Below are positions 10,236 through 20,111 of a DNA stretch of 64,000 nucleotides, piece by piece. The notes under the pieces are model-generated. The model worked only from the letters and a program-made list of their open reading frames with translations, had not been told where the DNA came from and did not search any database. The stretch covers positions 8,635-72,634 of the forward strand of contig JALUBK010000038.1 of assembly GCA_027044945.1 (NCBI GenBank), written 5' to 3'. Position 1 is the stretch's first letter. Each line of letters starts with the position of its first letter. A program made the translations under genes and the position numbers. Source of the DNA: Campylobacterales bacterium. GTDB lineage: Bacteria; Campylobacterota; Campylobacteria; Campylobacterales; JALSKU01.

Positions 10236-10568
10236 CTATTTATCCTTATCTTGTTCTTTTGATACTTCTACAAAAATATGTGAAGTTGGCTTTCTTATTG
10301 GAGTTGCTCTACCTCTAGCTCTTGGCCTAAATCTTTTAAGAACAGGACCTCTATCTACTCTACAAGATTTTACGATAACCTCTTCAGGCTCATAACCACC
10401 ATTTGCAATTGCACTTGCTATCACTTTAGAAATAACTCCAGCAGCTTTATTTGGCATAAATTCCAAACTAGCGAGAGCAAGTTCTGCATTCATACCTTGA
10501 ACTTCTCTTGCTATTAGTCTTGCTTTAGTAGGTGATAGTCTTATAAATTTTAGTGTTGATTTTCCCAT
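10236..10568 (-). CDS. rplV: 50S ribosomal protein L22
   Basis: 110 aa; SP.KARL.A.....M....A...L.F...KAA pattern and operon order. Confidence 0.95.
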   Translation of the reverse strand: MGKSTLKFIRLSPTKARLIAREVQGMNAELALASLEFMPNKAAGVISKVIASAIANGGYEPEEVIVKSCRVDRGPVLKRFRPRARGRATPIRKPTSHIFVEVSKEQDKDK

Positions 10569-10577
10569 TATCTATCC

Positions 10578-10859
10578 TTACTTACCAATCTTTTTCTGAA
10601 CTGAGCCTTTATGCCCTTTAAAAGTTCTAGTTGGAGCAAATTCACCAAATTTATAACCGATATGATTTTCGGTAACATAAACTGGAACAAAATTTCTACC
10701 ATTATGGACATTAAAAGTAAGACCTAACATATCAGGAGTTATTGTGCTTCTTCTTGACCAAGTTTTTATAGGTTTATTATCTTTTGTTTCTTTTGACTTA
10801 ATAACTTTTTTTATCAAATGATCATCAACAAAAGGACCTTTTTTTAGACTTCTTGACAT
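10578..10859 (-). CDS. rpsS: 30S ribosomal protein S19
   Basis: 93 aa starting [33 protein letters not shown] motif. Confidence 0.97.
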   Translation of the reverse strand: MSRSLKKGPFVDDHLIKKVIKSKETKDNKPIKTWSRRSTITPDMLGLTFNVHNGRNFVPVYVTENHIGYKFGEFAPTRTFKGHKGSVQKKIGK

Positions 10860-11690
10860 CTATTTTCCTTTTCTTCTAGATATTATTAACTTATCGCTTG
10901 CTTTTTTACTTCTAGTTTTAAAACCTTTAGTTGGCTTACCCCAAGGAGTAACTGGATGACGACCTGAGTTAGTTTTACCTTCACCACCACCGTGTGGGTG
11001 ATCAACAGGGTTCATAGCACTACCTCTTGTTTGTGGTCTTATTCCTCTGTGTCTATTTCTACCAGCTTTTCCTATAACAACATTAGCCCAGTCTTCATTG
11101 CCAACAACACCTACTGTTGCCATGCATTCACCCAAAACTTGTCTCATTTCACCACTAGGAAGTCTAAGTATTACATATTTATCTTCTTTACCCATAAGTT
11201 GAGCATATCCACCAGCACTTCTTGCTATTTGTCCGCCTTTGCCTATTTTCATTTCTATATTATGTATAATAGTTCCGACAGGAATATTTTTCATTTTCAT
11301 AGCATTACCAGGTTTTATATCAAGACCACTTTCAGCAGCTTGAACTTGATCGCCTACTTTAAGACCTGATGGATGTAAAATATATCTTTTATCGCCATCA
11401 TTATAATTTATCAATGAAATTCTACAATTTCTATTTGGATCATATTCAACTGATGCTACAGTTCCAGCAACTCCAAATTTTCTTCTTTTAAAATCTATAA
11501 TTCTATAATGTTTTTTTACTCCTGCTTCTTTATGCCTTGAAGTAATTCTACCATTATTATTTCTTCCTGCATGAGCATTTAATTTTTTTAATAATTTAGG
11601 AACACTTGGTTTTGCAGTTATATCGCTATTATCAAGTCCTGTCATATATCTTCTGCTAGGAGTATACGGTTTATATGTTTTAATCGCCAT
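10860..11690 (-). CDS. rplB: 50S ribosomal protein L2
   Basis: 276 aa; [13 protein letters not shown] motif. Confidence 0.98.
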   Translation of the reverse strand: MAIKTYKPYTPSRRYMTGLDNSDITAKPSVPKLLKKLNAHAGRNNNGRITSRHKEAGVKKHYRIIDFKRRKFGVAGTVASVEYDPNRNCRISLINYNDGDKRYILHPSGLKVGDQVQAAESGLDIKPGNAMKMKNIPVGTIIHNIEMKIGKGGQIARSAGGYAQLMGKEDKYVILRLPSGEMRQVLGECMATVGVVGNEDWANVVIGKAGRNRHRGIRPQTRGSAMNPVDHPHGGGEGKTNSGRHPVTPWGKPTKGFKTRSKKASDKLIISRRKGK

Positions 11691-11691
11691 C

Positions 11692-11973
11692 TTATACCTC
11701 CATACTTTCTATCGCAGCACCTTCAGGTAGCTTTACATAGAATTTTTTATAATTTGCTCTTTTTCCTTCAAGACCTCTAAATCTTTTCACTTTTCCATTT
11801 ACTCTCATAGAATTTACTTTCAAAGGAATGAAACCAAAGTAATTTTTCAAAACTTCTTTTAGTGAATTTTTTGTCATTTTAGGACTTGTTTGAATTACAA
11901 CAACTCCATCTTCTTGAAGGCCCAAACTTTTTTCAGTATATAGTATTGCTTTTATATCAGTAATATCTGCCAT
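11692..11973 (-). CDS. rplW: 50S ribosomal protein L23
   Basis: 93 aa; operon position and L23-like sequence. Confidence 0.93.
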   Translation of the reverse strand: MADITDIKAILYTEKSLGLQEDGVVVIQTSPKMTKNSLKEVLKNYFGFIPLKVNSMRVNGKVKRFRGLEGKRANYKKFYVKLPEGAAIESMEV

Positions 11974-11975
11974 CT

Positions 11976-12590
11976 TTAGCCCTCTTTTATAATATTTTCA
12001 AAAACAGCTTTTTCAATAATTATTGTATGATAAGCTGCTGCAAGATATGCATTTAACTCATTTGCTTCTATCAAATAAGCATTATTTAAATTTCTAAATG
12101 CTAAAAAACTTTTTTCATCAATTAATTCTTTAACTACCAATGCATCTCTACATCCAAGTTTATTCAAAATAGTTGATGCATCTTTTGTTTTGCCGGATTC
12201 AACTGAAACAGAATCAACAACAAACAATGCACCATTTTCAGCTTTTTCATTAAGAGCATACTCTAAAGCTAATCTTTTTTGTTTTTTATTAATTTTTTGA
12301 AAATAATTTCTATTATTTTTAGGACCATGAGCCACACCACCGCCTACCCAAATAGGACTTCTGTTTGAACCAGCTCTAGCTCCACCTTTTCCTTTTTGAC
12401 TCCAAGGTTTTTTTCCACCGCCTCTAACTTCGCCTTTGCCTTTAGCTTTAGCAGTATTGGCTCTTAGAGAAGAAAGATATGATTTTACATACAAATACAA
12501 ATTTGATGAATTTACTTCTTTAAAAGAAGTTGGCATTTCCACCTCATTTGCTCTTTCTAATTTTTCATTTAACATAATGGCTTTACTCAT
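11976..12590 (-). CDS. rplD: 50S ribosomal protein L4
   Basis: 204 aa; GGGKKPW.QKG.G.AR.GS.RSP.W.GGG..HGP motif. Confidence 0.96.
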   Translation of the reverse strand: MSKAIMLNEKLERANEVEMPTSFKEVNSSNLYLYVKSYLSSLRANTAKAKGKGEVRGGGKKPWSQKGKGGARAGSNRSPIWVGGGVAHGPKNNRNYFQKINKKQKRLALEYALNEKAENGALFVVDSVSVESGKTKDASTILNKLGCRDALVVKELIDEKSFLAFRNLNNAYLIEANELNAYLAAAYHTIIIEKAVFENIIKEG

Positions 12591-13165
12591 TTAATTATCC
12601 TTATCTTACCTACATTTCCATTTGCTCCAGAAATTGCGCCTTTTAAAACCAAGATACCATTTTCTTCATCAAACGATATAACATCATTTTTTACTGTAAC
12701 TTGTGTATTTCCATATTGTCCTGGCATTTTTCTACCTTTTTGAACACGACCTGGCCATTCACAGTTGCCAATAGAACCTGGGGCTCTATGAAATCTTGAA
12801 CCATGACCTCCTGGACCACCTGCAAAATTCCATCTTTTCATAACACCGCTAAATCCTCTACCTTTTGTAGTAAATGTTGCTTTTACTCTTTTGGCTTCTT
12901 TTAAAGGAGTCAAATCAATATCGCCCACTTCTTCATTATTTACTTTAAGTGTAACAAATTTATTGAACTCTTTTGATATGTTATATTTTTTTTGTTGACC
13001 CTGTATAGCTTTATTTGTCTTTTTGTTGCCAGAATAAGCTACTATTGCTTTTTTATTTTCGCCTATTTCGCATACTTTTGCTTTTAAAACTTTGCAAAGT
13101 GTTACTGGAACACTAGGGACACTAATAGTTCTACTCATTCCTACTTTTTCTATTATATATTCCAT
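12587..13165 (-). CDS. rplC: 50S ribosomal protein L3
   Basis: [13 protein letters not shown]...; [18 protein letters not shown] motif. The ATG at 13165 is preferred over the adjacent upstream GTG at 13168. Confidence 0.96.
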   Translation of the reverse strand: MEYIIEKVGMSRTISVPSVPVTLCKVLKAKVCEIGENKKAIVAYSGNKKTNKAIQGQQKKYNISKEFNKFVTLKVNNEEVGDIDLTPLKEAKRVKATFTTKGRGFSGVMKRWNFAGGPGGHGSRFHRAPGSIGNCEWPGRVQKGRKMPGQYGNTQVTVKNDVISFDEENGILVLKGAISGANGNVGKIRIIK

Positions 13166-13168
13166 CAC

Positions 13169-13486
13169 TTACCCCTTTGTGTCCATTGCTCTAACTTCCA
13201 CATTCACTTCAGGAGCTAAATCAAGCTTCATTAATGAATCTATAGTATCAGGTGTAGCCGAAACTATATCGATAAGTCTTGAATGGATTCTCATTTCAAA
13301 TTGTTCTCTTGAATCTTTGTTTACATGCGGAGATCTAAGAACTGTATATCTTTTCATTTTTGTTGGCATTGGCATAGGACCAATTATTTCAGCACCTGTT
13401 CGTTTGACAGCTTCAACTATTGCTGCGACTGATCTATCTAATACTCTGTGATCATAAGCTTTAAGCTTAAGTCGTATTTTTTCCAT
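13169..13486 (-). CDS. rpsJ: 30S ribosomal protein S10
   Basis: [32 protein letters not shown]... is canonical S10. The track start at 13501 adds MKVEI; the ATG at 13486 matches the usual S10 N-terminus. Confidence 0.95.
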   Translation of the reverse strand: MEKIRLKLKAYDHRVLDRSVAAIVEAVKRTGAEIIGPMPMPTKMKRYTVLRSPHVNKDSREQFEMRIHSRLIDIVSATPDTIDSLMKLDLAPEVNVEVRAMDTKG

Positions 13487-13541
13487 TATCTCAACCTTCA
13501 TAAAGAACTCGTCGCACTTGCGACCTTATTTTGGAGTTGAG

Positions 13542-13570
13542 ATTATACTTTAATAGATAGATAAAGTCAA
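13542..13570 (-). promoter_or_regulatory. Sigma70-type promoter of the S10-spc-alpha ribosomal superoperon
   Basis: The minus strand reads TTGACT (13570-13565), a 17-nt spacer, then TATAAT (13547-13542), about 55 nt upstream of the rpsJ ATG. The leader contains the small GC hairpin GTCGCA..TGCGAC at 13511-13524. Confidence 0.55.
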
Positions 13571-13632
13571 TATTTAAAGACTGTTTTGTCTATTTTTTAC
13601 TCTTTTTTTTCCTTTATACAAGGAAGAAAAAA

Positions 13633-16131
13633 CTATTTAAGACGAAATTTTTGAATTAATTCTTCTTTTCTTATAGGCTTGGAAAAGATATAACCTTGCC
13701 CCAAATCAACTCCCAAGTGGGTAAGTAATTTCTCTTGTTCTTTAGTTTCAATTCCCTCTGCTACCGTTATATAATTAAAATCTTTAGATAAAATAACTAT
13801 AGCTTTTATAATTTTTACTTTATCATTGTCCTCTGTTATATCATCAACAAATGTTTTATCTATTTTCAACACATCTATAGGAAAATCTTTCAAGTATGAC
13901 ATAGATGAATATCCTGTTCCAAAATCATCTAAAACAATTTCATATCCAAATTTTTTCATTTTATCTAACATTTTTTTTGTTTTTTCTATATTTTGCATTA
14001 TATAAGTTTCTGTAATCTCAAGACCTATGTATTTTATATCTATTTTGGTTTCTTCAATTATTTTTTTAAATTCATCAAAAAGAAGAGTATTATCAAATTG
14101 CCTTGCTGATACATTTATTGTCACATGCTCCAAAGTTGGAATATGATTTTTTAATTCTTTAAAATCTTTGCAAGATTGTCTAAAAGTATATCTACCTATA
14201 TCAAATATGATATCCATTTTCTCAGCAATTGGTATAAATTCTGCAGGAGACACAACACCAAGTATTTTATTTTTCCATCTTATTAAACACTCTAAAGAAA
14301 GAATTTCTTTAGTTTTCAAATCATATTTTGGTTGATATACGATATACATTTCATTATTATAAAGAGCATTTTTTAATTCTTGTTCTATTTCTATTTTTCT
14401 TGAAAATGTATCCAAAAACTCTTTATTGAAAAAAACAAATCTGTTTTTACCCAATAATTTTGCATTATATGCCGCAATATCAACATTTTTCAATAATCGC
14501 TCAGGAGTATCTCCATCTTTTGGATATTGAACTATCCCTATGCTAACAGTTATTTGAATATTTTTAGAATTAATTTCTATAGGTTTTGAAACTAATTGCA
14601 TAATTCTTTTGACAATTATTTCAGTATGCAAAATTTTATCATTTTCATCTACAATAATAGCAAATTCATCTCCGCCTACTCTAAAGACAATATCTCTTGA
14701 GTCTAAATTATTTCTAATTCTTTGGGCAGTTGTTTTTAAAATCAAATCACCTATCTCATGACCTAATGAATCATTAATAAATTTAAAATTATCTATATCT
14801 AAAAACAAAATAGATATTTTAGTTCCAAATTTTTGAGCCCTTTGAATGTAATCTTTTATCCCATCTTCAAAACATTTTCTGTTTCTAAGATTTGTTAATT
14901 TATCATGATTTATTAAAAAATTTATCTTTTTCTCTTGTTTTATATATTCTGTAATATTTAATTTTATTGCTAAATAACCTGAAAGCTCTTTTTCGTTAAA
15001 CAAAGGAATAATGGAGACTTTTTCATAATAGATAGTTCCATCTTTTTTCTTGTTTATAAATTCGCCTGACCATTTTTGATAATTATATAACTTTTTATTC
15101 ATATCATCATAATATTTTTGTGGAGTTAGCCCTGATTTTAATATTCTTGGATTTTGGCCTATGACTTCTTTTCGAGTATAGGCTGTATCTTTTACAAAAG
15201 CATCATTAACATAAGTTATTATTCTATTTTTATCGGTAATAATAATGATATTATCACTATTTTCAACTGCACAAACAAACGAAAAAAACTTTTTATTCAT
15301 CTTTATCAATATAATAAAAATGAAAATATTTGCAAAAAGTAAAACCACAGAAACAATAAAAAACAATCCTGCAATTATTATTATTTCTTTTAAGTTTTTA
15401 TGATATATTTTTGTAATATTTTGATTTAAAAGATTTAACGATTGGGTAATATTAAAATGCTTCAATTTCGAATCAACAGAATTAATAAATAAAATATTTT
15501 TTGATAAAGATTTTACATTTAAAAACATAAGCATTAAATTATTTGTATCATATTTTAAATATATATTATGAACATATTTTAAATCATTATCAATTCTATC
15601 TTTTGGCAAGTCAATTTTATTATATAAATTAACTATATCAAAAGATATATCAATAAGCTTTGTTTTTTCTTTTTGAGTAATATGATTGTTTGCATTAATC
15701 TTTTTTAATAAAATAAATACATAGGATAAAGAACTCATCAAAGTTGCATTATGAGTTTTAAATTCTTCAACCAATCTTTCTTTTTCGCTAATTTTTTTAT
15801 CGATATTGTTTATCTCTTGCTTTAAATTATTTCCAAATTTATGATAAAATTTTTGTTTATTCAGACATTGTATATTTGTTTTTAATTGTTCAATATCATC
15901 ATCTACATTGTCATAATTTATAAACACGATTCTTCCAAGAAGAAAATTATTGATTTTGGCATTATAGACTTTTGTATTAGCAATTATATGAGTGTAATAG
16001 CCATAATTTTTTATTGTTAAACTAATCTTAAATAGTAGAAAAATTAAAAATAGTAGAAAAATTAAAAATAAACTTCCTAATATAAAAATTTTTTTAGTTT
16101 TAATTGTTTTAAAATTTGAACTATTGAACAT
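13633..16131 (-). CDS. Membrane-bound sensory PAS-GGDEF-EAL protein (putative c-di-GMP cyclase/phosphodiesterase) with a periplasmic N-terminal domain of about 220 aa
   Basis: 832 aa. TM1 spans about residues 14-37 and TM2 about 255-285. PAS block IIITDKNRIITYVNDAF. Intact GGDEF (RVGGDEFAI). EAL-domain motifs are ECLIRW, DDFGTGYSS, KIDKTFV, AEGIET..Q and GQGY.FSKP. Confidence 0.85.
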   Translation of the reverse strand: MFNSSNFKTIKTKKIFILGSLFLIFLLFLIFLLFKISLTIKNYGYYTHIIANTKVYNAKINNFLLGRIVFINYDNVDDDIEQLKTNIQCLNKQKFYHKFGNNLKQEINNIDKKISEKERLVEEFKTHNATLMSSLSYVFILLKKINANNHITQKEKTKLIDISFDIVNLYNKIDLPKDRIDNDLKYVHNIYLKYDTNNLMLMFLNVKSLSKNILFINSVDSKLKHFNITQSLNLLNQNITKIYHKNLKEIIIIAGLFFIVSVVLLFANIFIFIILIKMNKKFFSFVCAVENSDNIIIITDKNRIITYVNDAFVKDTAYTRKEVIGQNPRILKSGLTPQKYYDDMNKKLYNYQKWSGEFINKKKDGTIYYEKVSIIPLFNEKELSGYLAIKLNITEYIKQEKKINFLINHDKLTNLRNRKCFEDGIKDYIQRAQKFGTKISILFLDIDNFKFINDSLGHEIGDLILKTTAQRIRNNLDSRDIVFRVGGDEFAIIVDENDKILHTEIIVKRIMQLVSKPIEINSKNIQITVSIGIVQYPKDGDTPERLLKNVDIAAYNAKLLGKNRFVFFNKEFLDTFSRKIEIEQELKNALYNNEMYIVYQPKYDLKTKEILSLECLIRWKNKILGVVSPAEFIPIAEKMDIIFDIGRYTFRQSCKDFKELKNHIPTLEHVTINVSARQFDNTLLFDEFKKIIEETKIDIKYIGLEITETYIMQNIEKTKKMLDKMKKFGYEIVLDDFGTGYSSMSYLKDFPIDVLKIDKTFVDDITEDNDKVKIIKAIVILSKDFNYITVAEGIETKEQEKLLTHLGVDLGQGYIFSKPIRKEELIQKFRLK
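16033..16068. repeat. Perfect 18-bp tandem duplication (tagtagaaaaattaaaaa x2)
   Basis: Read directly. It encodes the duplicated FLIFLL in TM1 of the GGDEF-EAL protein (LFLIFLLFLIFLLF). Confidence 0.95.
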
Positions 16132-17050
16132 TTTTTGGCAATTCCCCTGTTAAAGACTTTAAAAATGATACTATTTTATCAACATCATTATTGTTTATAT
16201 TTTTACCTAATTGGTGCTTAACCATAAACTTGACAACATTTTTTAAATTATTAAATCTTCCGTCATGAAAGTATGGTGCAGTTAATGCAATATTTCTCAA
16301 AGTTGGGACTTTAAATAAATATTTATCATTAGGATTTTTTGTAACATCATATCGTCCTAAATTACTACTATTCGCATCCATTACATTACCAAATTTTGCA
16401 TATAAATTCCCACCAATATTTATCCCGTTATGACAAGCTATGCATCCTATTTTTTTAAAAAGCTCATATCCCTCTTTTTGCTCTTTTGTTAAGGCATTTT
16501 TGTCCCCTCTTAAGTATTTATCAAAAGGAGAATTTGGAGTAATAAGTGTTTTTTCATATTCTGCTATCGCATCAGCTATATTTTTCTTAGTAACTCCATC
16601 TTTATATATGCTTTTAAACTCTTTATTGTAATAACTATTATTTTTTAAAACTTTAACCAAATTAGAAACTGTATTTCCCATTTCGACATGATTTGTTATC
16701 GCATCCATAGCTTGTTCTTGCAAATTTTTAGCTCTACCATTCCAAAATTGAACAAAATTATATCTACTGTTTAAAACTGTCGGAGCATTTACATTATCTT
16801 TTTGTCCATTAACCCCTATGGATACTTTTTTATTATCATCGCCGCCTTCACTAATGATATGACAATTTTCACAAGAAATTTTATCATTTTTAGAAAGAAT
16901 TGGGTCAAAAAATAATTGATGACCAAGTTTAACTTTTTTAGGATTTACATCAGTAACTTTCAAAGGTATTGGAGTAATCAATGCGGAAAATAAATTAACT
17001 TGTAATAAGCAAGATAAAATAATTAAACATTTAAAATATTTTTTATACAT
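16121..17050 (-). CDS. Periplasmic di-haem cytochrome c peroxidase (CCP/MauG family)
   Basis: 309 aa with a signal peptide. Two CxxCH haem motifs (CENCH, CIACH) in CCP-like context (FFDP.LS.....SC..CH; VPTLRN...TAPYFHDG). Its 3' end overlaps the GGDEF-EAL start by 11 nt. Confidence 0.85.
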   Translation of the reverse strand: MYKKYFKCLIILSCLLQVNLFSALITPIPLKVTDVNPKKVKLGHQLFFDPILSKNDKISCENCHIISEGGDDNKKVSIGVNGQKDNVNAPTVLNSRYNFVQFWNGRAKNLQEQAMDAITNHVEMGNTVSNLVKVLKNNSYYNKEFKSIYKDGVTKKNIADAIAEYEKTLITPNSPFDKYLRGDKNALTKEQKEGYELFKKIGCIACHNGINIGGNLYAKFGNVMDANSSNLGRYDVTKNPNDKYLFKVPTLRNIALTAPYFHDGRFNNLKNVVKFMVKHQLGKNINNNDVDKIVSFLKSLTGELPKNVQ

Positions 17051-17082
17051 TCTAAGCTTTCTTCTTTTATTAAATTAAAACT

Positions 17083-17106
17083 ATTATAACATATTTTTGC
17101 TATAAT
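17083..17106. promoter_or_regulatory. Divergent -10 boxes in the CCP / ATPase intergenic region
   Basis: Plus strand: extended -10 TGcTATAAT at 17098-17106, 24 nt before the ATG at 17130. Minus strand: TATAAT at 17088-17083, 33 nt before the ATG at 17050. Confidence 0.35.
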
Positions 17107-17129
17107 ATTAAAAAAGTGAAAGTAAAAAT

Positions 17130-18212
17130 ATGCCTTTATCTCAACTTGAATTATTATATGATAAGGATTTTAGTAAATTAACTCTTTTAAACAGAAAATT
17201 TAAAATTAACGAAAAGAAAGTAATTATTTGTGCCCCTAGACAAAGTGGAACAACTTCTATTTTATATAAACATATTCAAAATTATGAAAAAAATAGTTTT
17301 TTATACATAGACTTTCATGACTTTAGAATAGATAAAGACAATATCAAACAATATTTAAATAATTTTATTAAAAAAAATCATATAACTCTTTTGGTCATTG
17401 ATAATTTTGATTTTTCTTTTAAATTGCCACCATGCGAAGAGATAATTGTAACAACAGATAATACAAAACAAAATTTAAAAAATTTCACTAAAAAGTTTTT
17501 ATATCCTTTAGACTTTGAAGAATTTATTGCTTTTGCAAAAAAAAATTCCAATATTGAACATATGTTTAATCTTTTTGCAAACGAAGGAACTTATCCAAAA
17601 GTAACATATTCAAACGAACAAGATAAGATCAAAATTATCCAAGATATTATTTTTAAAATTTTACAAAATAAAAAAGAATTAAAAATTTTTTCCCTATTTT
17701 GCATTTTTCAAAGTTCCAAAATATCATTGTATAAAATTTTTCAAATAGCAAAAGAACAGATAAAGATATCGAAAGATTTATTTTATGAAATGGCGGAAAA
17801 TTTCAAAAACAGACAATTAATCATTTATCTTGAAAAATACAATTCACCCAATACAACAAAAAAAATATATCTCATAGATTATACTCTTAAAAATGCTCTT
17901 ACTTATCAAAAAGATTTCATAAAAAGATTTGAAAATATTGTTTTTTTAGAATTATATAAAAAAAGAGGTGATATATATTTTAGCGATAATGTAGATTTTT
18001 ATATTCCAAAAGAGAACTTAGCAATTTTGAGTATTCCTTTTTTGCCTGAAAATCTTTTAAAAAATAAAATCTTAAAAAGAAAGAAACACTTTAAAAAATT
18101 AAATATAAAAAAAGTGGAAATTATAAGCCTTGGAAATGAAGCTAAATTTGAAGATGACAATATAAAATATGAAATTATTCCATTTTGGAATTGGGCTAAT
18201 TCATTAAGCTAA
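17130..18212 (+). CDS. AAA_14/DUF4143-like ATPase-fold protein with degenerate Walker A and B motifs
   Basis: 360 aa. N-terminal P-loop region VIICAPRQSGTTSILY resembles the GPRQ.GKTT of AAA_14-family proteins but has A for G and T for the invariant K. The Walker B-like segment is LLVIDNFDF. Confidence 0.5.
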   Translation: MPLSQLELLYDKDFSKLTLLNRKFKINEKKVIICAPRQSGTTSILYKHIQNYEKNSFLYIDFHDFRIDKDNIKQYLNNFIKKNHITLLVIDNFDFSFKLPPCEEIIVTTDNTKQNLKNFTKKFLYPLDFEEFIAFAKKNSNIEHMFNLFANEGTYPKVTYSNEQDKIKIIQDIIFKILQNKKELKIFSLFCIFQSSKISLYKIFQIAKEQIKISKDLFYEMAENFKNRQLIIYLEKYNSPNTTKKIYLIDYTLKNALTYQKDFIKRFENIVFLELYKKRGDIYFSDNVDFYIPKENLAILSIPFLPENLLKNKILKRKKHFKKLNIKKVEIISLGNEAKFEDDNIKYEIIPFWNWANSLS

Positions 18213-18895
18213 TTATTTGCATTTATTTGATACCCCAATCCAGAAATATTTTTAATAAAATTATAGTCAGTTTTTGCTCTAAATCTTTTTATAAAAGTTC
18301 TTACAGCAGCATCATTAACATTTTTATTGCTCCAAACTTTAGCTTTAATTTCATCATGGGGAACAAAAGAGCCAATACCATCAATTAAAACACTGATAAA
18401 TCTTAATTCTTTTTTTGTTAATTCTATTTTTTGATTATTTTTATATAAAATATGTTTTGTTCTATTAAATTGATAATCATTTATTAAATTTACAACATCA
18501 TCGATAGACAATTTTTTTGAAGCTATCTCTTTAATTGTTTTTAAAAGTTCATCCACATCAATAGGTTTTATAAGATATTTATCTATTCCTATATCGATAG
18601 CGGTCAAAAGCTTTTCTTTTTCACTAAAAGCAGTCAATAAAATAATAGGTGTATTTTTAGAAATATCTTTTATAATTTTAGACATCTCCAATCCATTCAT
18701 AACAGGCATCAATATATCGCTAACGACAATATCGGGCTGATATTTTTTAAATAATTTTACCCCTTCATCTCCATTGCTTGCAACAATAAATTTTTTAAAT
18801 TCATCTTTTATAGTATTTTTTAAAAGATTTCTAATTTTTTCTTCATCTTCTACATACAAAACAGTTAATTTTTGACAAATATTATCTTTTTTCAT
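18209..18895 (-). CDS. Two-component response regulator, OmpR-type winged-helix output
   Basis: 228 aa. REC domain (LYVEDEE..., DIVVSDILMP.MNG, LLTA, YL.KP). C-terminal ELTKKELRFISVL...VR..I.R.R.K...I....G.GY. Confidence 0.85.
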   Translation of the reverse strand: MKKDNICQKLTVLYVEDEEKIRNLLKNTIKDEFKKFIVASNGDEGVKLFKKYQPDIVVSDILMPVMNGLEMSKIIKDISKNTPIILLTAFSEKEKLLTAIDIGIDKYLIKPIDVDELLKTIKEIASKKLSIDDVVNLINDYQFNRTKHILYKNNQKIELTKKELRFISVLIDGIGSFVPHDEIKAKVWSNKNVNDAAVRTFIKRFRAKTDYNFIKNISGLGYQINANN

Positions 18896-18908
18896 TTAAA
18901 AACCAATC

Positions 18909-20111
18909 CTATAATTTAATTTCAAAACAAGCACCATCGCAATTATTATAAACATCAATAGCACCTCCGTTTTGCTCTATTATTTTTTTACTCATGTAAA
19001 GGCCTATACCTGTTCCTTGGGAACTATGCTTTGTTGTGAAATAAGGATCAAAAATTTTATCAATTATATCTTTTTTTATTCCTCCGCCATTATCACATAT
19101 TATAATTTTTACAGATTTTTCTTTTTTTATATCAATAAAAATTTTTCTATCCTCTGTTTTGTTTAAAATCAAAGCATCTTTTGCATTATTTAAAATATTT
19201 AAAACAACTTGCAAAAGCTCATTTTTATGGCCATTTATAATTATACTATTTTTAATATTAAAAATTATTTTAATATTGTTACTTTTAAATGTCTCTTTAA
19301 TAATTAAAATAGCTTCTTTTATAAGTTTTTGAACATCAATTTGACTTTTTTCTTTATTTTGCTTAAAAAAATTTCTAAAATCATCTATGGTTTGGGACAT
19401 TCTCTTTATAACTTTTTGACTACTTTTATAATAAATTGTAAATTTATGTTTATCATTTTGAATAAAAAAAGACTTTTTTAAATTAAAAAGAAGAATATCG
19501 AGTTCACTTAAAGGTTGTCTCCATTGATGGGCAATATTTCCTATCATTTCTCCCATAGAAGCAAATCTGGCCTGTTGAAACATTATCCTATCTTTTTCTC
19601 TGTTTTTTTCAACTTCTTTTTTTATTCTTTCTTCAAGATTGGTGTTTAATTTTTTTAATTGTTCAGTTTGTTTTTTTATTCTTTCTTCAAGGGTTAAATT
19701 CAAATTTTCTAACTCTTGCTCTTTTTCTAATAATTTATTGGAATTTTCTACTGCTTTTGTTACATCATATCTAATGGCAATAAATTCTAATATTTCACCT
19801 TTTTCATTTAATATAGGAATAACAGTTGTGTTGACATAAAAAACAGAACCATCTTTTGCTAAATTTTTGACCGTAGCTTTATATATTTTTTTTGAAAGTA
19901 TAGTATCCCAAAGTTTTTTAAAAATTTTTTTAGGAACATCTGGATGTCGGACTATATTATGATTTTTTCCTATTAATTCTTCTCTTGAATATTTAGAAAT
20001 TTTACAAAATTCATCATTAACAAATGTAATAATACCATTTATATCAGTTTTGGAAACGATATTATTTTCTTCGATTGCTTGTATATATTGTTCAAGCAAT
20101 TTGGCACTCAA
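18909..20111 (-). CDS. Cytoplasmic PAS-domain sensor histidine kinase
   Basis: 400 aa with no TM segment. PAS (GIITFVNDEFCKISKYSREELIGKNHNI.RHPD), coiled coil, H-box IAHQWRQPL, N-box LNNAKDA, and G-boxes DNGGGI / GTGIGL. The only in-frame start near carA is a TTG at 20111, so the start is uncertain. Confidence 0.85.
   Translation of the reverse strand: MSAKLLEQYIQAIEENNIVSKTDINGIITFVNDEFCKISKYSREELIGKNHNIVRHPDVPKKIFKKLWDTILSKKIYKATVKNLAKDGSVFYVNTTVIPILNEKGEILEFIAIRYDVTKAVENSNKLLEKEQELENLNLTLEERIKKQTEQLKKLNTNLEERIKKEVEKNREKDRIMFQQARFASMGEMIGNIAHQWRQPLSELDILLFNLKKSFFIQNDKHKFTIYYKSSQKVIKRMSQTIDDFRNFFKQNKEKSQIDVQKLIKEAILIIKETFKSNNIKIIFNIKNSIIINGHKNELLQVVLNILNNAKDALILNKTEDRKIFIDIKKEKSVKIIICDNGGGIKKDIIDKIFDPYFTTKHSSQGTGIGLYMSKKIIEQNGGAIDVYNNCDGACFEIKL

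Noticed and set aside
13580-13632. The hairpin TTCCTT-gtata-AAGGAA just after the GGDEF-EAL stop could be a rho-independent terminator.
   Set aside because: On the transcribed (minus) strand it is followed by an A-run rather than a U-run and the stem is short. It may still insulate from the rpsJ promoter, but this is not supportable as a terminator call.
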